Assembly: GCA_002633005.1 (NCBI GenBank)
Contig: NMRA01000358.1
Coordinates: 404,664-468,663 of the forward strand
Direction: 5' to 3'
DNA: 64,000 bases
Origin: Phoronis australis
Taxonomy: Eukaryota > Animalia > Phoronida
Of the stretch, positions 60,264-64,000 are shown one piece after another. The stretch's first letter is position 1, and every line of letters starts with the position of its first letter. The notes below the pieces were generated by a model. It was not told the DNA's origin. It ran no database searches and saw only the letters and a program-made list of their open reading frames with translations. The translations under genes and the position numbers were made by a program.

Positions 60264-61650
60264 AATTTGGGAGCATACCGTGAATAATGCAACCGTAGGT
60301 TACGTACATGAAGTAAGCACCTCGAAAGATACGAAACTATTAGACAGGCAAATTAAATTCAAGGCGAGCTTTAAGGACAACGAGAAGACAATCACTTGTA
60401 AAGCGGTCGATATCACAGACAGTTCTCTCCATGATTCAATTCAAGTTACTATCTTTGTCAATGCATTTGAAAACCATCGAGTCTTGATAGCTTGGGTAGT
60501 GGTCGCTTGCTGCCCGCTGTTACTCATGATACCGACTATGTTATATTGGGCCATGTTTAAATCAGGAGAAACCCAAGATATGTCAGATACAACACTCTAT
60601 GATGATATTCCAGCCACGCCTACTTACGACATTGAAGAGTTTGGGAAAGTATTGTTCAAGAAGTGCAAGCCCAAGGTTACGAGACAGGAATCATATATTT
60701 ATACTCAACAACCACTGGCGCTGTCACAAACGAGTGAAATAGTCGAGTGTAGTGACAGCGAGATTCGGGATGGTAAAGAGCCATCAGGTGCTATGCCAAA
60801 TGGACTGGAGACGGTTAGGTCTGTTGATGTCTCCGCAAGTCTACCACAGAAAACTCTGGACGGTGTCAGAAGATTGCTAAGACGAATTTTCCGCACTGAA
60901 AACGAAGCAAACCAAAGTGACTGTGAAACATCGTCGAATCATTTGATGAAAGTACCGCGATCCTGTAACACAATGCATGCAGTAAGTGAAAGCACACCCC
61001 AGCCGTCAGCAGCCACTGCCTCTCAGAGAAACTTCAAACACACAAGCTGGTGGAACAGTCTGGTTAGTAAATTTACTGCACATCCTTCACCAACGTCTCC
61101 CAAATTAACAAACAACCACATTCAAGCCAGCAACGACCCGCAAAACGCTGCAGATACGCCCCCCAATATTCCTGAAGAGGAGATAGACCATAAAGACAAG
61201 GGTTTTGATTGGTTTCCAAGCATGGCGAACGTAATCAGTCCACCCAAACCCATCCAAAATATAATTAAACATAAACAAAAACGGCAAGGACCAGTTCCAC
61301 TGTTGCCTCCAGACGATGCTCAGGAGAGCGGCCCAAGTACACTTTTAACAAGTTCTGAATTGTCTCTAGTCAAAAAACCTCTCCAAAACAACAAAAGAAA
61401 CATGGATCAAACAGTGATAAACAGAGCTTTTAAACCATACACTTTTACAAGGTCATCTCAAGCCAATGTGATAGATTTAAGAGAAAAGCAATTATCGCCT
61501 ACAGAACGGCTTACTGCTTATCGAAATAAGAAACAGGAGATATTCGCAAAAATACGAGCAGTCTCAACAAAATACCAAAGTCAAAGACATTGCGATGACA
61601 ACAAAATCGAAGAGAGCGACAATGTGACAGAATCGACTAGCACAAACTAG
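60264..61650 (+). pseudogene. 5'-truncated paralog of the 51788-54031 membrane-protein gene
   Basis: Homology starts abruptly at AATTTGGGAGCAT (=52636), mid Ig-like domain, with no ATG or acceptor at the junction. Frame is open for ~460 codons; a 2-nt deletion near 61577 changes the C-terminus. Confidence 0.75.
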
Positions 61651-63300
61651 CTTGCAAAAATTGAAGCTCCATTGAAACAGGGAATTATGATGAAGTTCAG
61701 CTGAATCCATACGTGCATCAGGAAGACGTAACCAGAAGGACACGGCAAAGTATTAAAATTTGACGTTGGAGTCTCTTTACAAAATGAAATCGAGTCGATC
61801 CCAGAACACATCTTTTCCTACGCTTTCCTCTAGCACAAGGTTCATTGTCTACTATTACCGGGATTTCCCATATATAAGCCCACCCGATGGAACGCCCATG
61901 GGAGTTCAATCGGGAAAATGTGCCAAATAAACGCCTATGAGGGTATATTTGGTGCTAAAACTTCTGTTGTCAAGTGTCCAGATAGTGGGGCGTTTATACG
62001 GAAAATTTCCTCTTCAGAGTCCATTCAGTGTCAACTTTTTGTCACAAATTTAGGTCTGGGGAGTTCTTATCATTTACATGTGTAACAACGAACAAAGTGT
62101 TGGCAAACTGTGCAATTATTAATATAAAATTTAACACAGCCCACACACACGCCCGGGCGTTTATTTAGTGTTACTAAAACGCCTGAAAATTTTTATGTTC
62201 CGAGTACACGCTTATCTACGGAAATTACGGGTAGATGCCACCAATCTGAGTGAATGGTGAACTCATAAATTTTGGTTCTCAGTCTGATTGGTTGCTTCTT
62301 CATCCAAGAAAACCCGATGACGGACTTTACTGACCATTCCTGAAAGATCTCATTAACATCCACGCGGAATTCGAAAGCCGGTTATGCACGACAAGGCAAT
62401 GGCTGTATCTACTTCGCCTAAGGGTAACTGGTTTTACTGTAAGGTTCATTCAAGAGGTATGTCTAAACTTAGACGGAATTCGGGCTGGCTTACAATGTCC
62501 GAAACCCGTTTCATGAAATTCCTTACAACCACAGTTAAGACTGAAATTTATACTGCTATGGAGTACTAGGCTTAACAATATTTGTTAATCTAAATTACAA
62601 CAATCATCACTTTAACTGTATGTATGAAAATGTTCAATGCTGTAAGATAAGCAATTCACTGGACACTTGTAGGCAAAAGGCTAAAGCTGGTTAAGGAACC
62701 TTGGTGACTGAAGAGTAAACTAGTCTGCTAGCTAGCAATGTGTGACCATATACCGAATGCACAGGTTTTTGCCAAAGTTATTTCTGGTGGAAACTGATGG
62801 AATATATCTCTCTGGATTCCGACGTTGCCATTGCCGGCCAAATGGAACAAAACAACGACGGTGGCCTCGCTAAATGCTGAAAACCTTTTCTGGCTACTCA
62901 TTCATAGAGATCACGCACGTCTAACTTATCCTCGTTTTTGCTTCTCCAATGACCTCATGAATAATGGGTAGGGATTGAAACAAAGGGCAAGAGGGTACAC
63001 GTGTCCAAGTTTCCTTCAGTTGAGATGTCAGTTTTCGTCATAAATGTTGGAGAAGAGCTTCAGTCTGGTGATGTCAGCACAAAATCGTACGAAGGCGACG
63101 ATTTTCGAAATTTGATTCTTTGTGTTGTCGGTCGTTTTTTCCTTAAGGTTCAGGATTATTTGTGGATCAAGGAACAAGAGCTGAAGAAGTCAGGGTTCGT
63201 GACAACGTTTGTGAACGGCAACATATATTTTAAAGGTGTTACAACTGTCATCGATATTGTCGTGTTTTTTTGTTTTGATCCATCTTTTCCTGGTGAAAAC
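60264..63300 (+). repeat. Tandem segmental duplication of 52636-57270
   Basis: Homology continues past the stop: 54030-54850 matches 61650-62420, and 56415-57270 matches 62450-63300. Confidence 0.85.
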
Positions 63301-64000
63301 TTAAGTACTAGTCCACGAGAGCACCAACCATGAGCGGCAAGGTGGGGGTCAGCCGATTTTCACCAAATTTGACACATATGTAGTCCTATGGGATCTATAA
63401 ACAGCGGTAAAATATTTCCTCAAAATATTGTGTTTTTCTAAAGTTATAGGTTCAAACATATTTTACGGTTTCGCAGCCNATGTTTTCACGGTATAAAACT
63501 GTCCAGATTTAACTGTTCATCTTTTTCCTTGAATGAAAGCTACTGATTTATTATTCACTTGACATTGTTTAGTGGTGCCTGTAGATTGTTACACAGATGT
63601 CTTGAAACACGATTCCGATTTACCGCCCTCATTTAGTAGTTTTACTACACTGCCCCCCGTTATGCCATTTTGAGGTTGTGTTCGGTACACTGCTGTACCA
63701 AATCTGCCCCCATTGTTATGAGAATGAAACTTAGCCAAAATGTTGACAAAACATGTTACTTTCATTTCATAAAATAAAAACTTTGTCAGCCAGTTTATTA
63801 GTTATATATTTTGGCACCTCAAATGTACTAAAATGAGAAATTTTCATATATCTGCGATCGATGCGTGAGCACCGTAAAATCCGATTGTCCTTCATGTTTT
63901 TCGATATTTTGCAACAAGTTAGTGCCTCCTGAATGTTTTGAACGTTTTACTACTGATCACTTAGGGCTATAGTACCCCTAAATACCATACATGGCTCCCT

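Noticed and set aside
79-63333. Most 60-140 aa ORFs in the track
   Set aside because: They are shadow frames of repeats or exons, or start at non-ATG codons, and show no recognisable motifs.

Overview
Repeat-rich, AT-rich eukaryotic DNA from an invertebrate animal; the taxon cannot be fixed from the sequence. Bases ~4,089-44,158 (+) hold seven spliceable exons of a divergent nicotinic acetylcholine receptor alpha-type subunit. These exons join in frame to 1,272 nt (423 aa + stop); the 5' exons were not found and probably lie upstream of the window. The introns are packed with transposon relics: two inverted ~3.3-kb Academ-like copies bracketing one exon, two Kolobok-like THAP/KolX deletion derivatives, a split P2X7-ballast/KolX-like pseudogene, Penelope-like fragments with hammerhead-like motifs, and many MITEs. 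One intron is largely built from a 45-bp minisatellite copied from the exon's own 3' end and splice donor. Downstream is an uninterrupted 747-codon ORF for a putative Ig-like/mucin-stalk/TM receptor (51,788-54,031). It is followed by a 5'-truncated, mosaic tandem paralog (60,264-61,650). No prokaryotic features, rRNA or CRISPR array were found.
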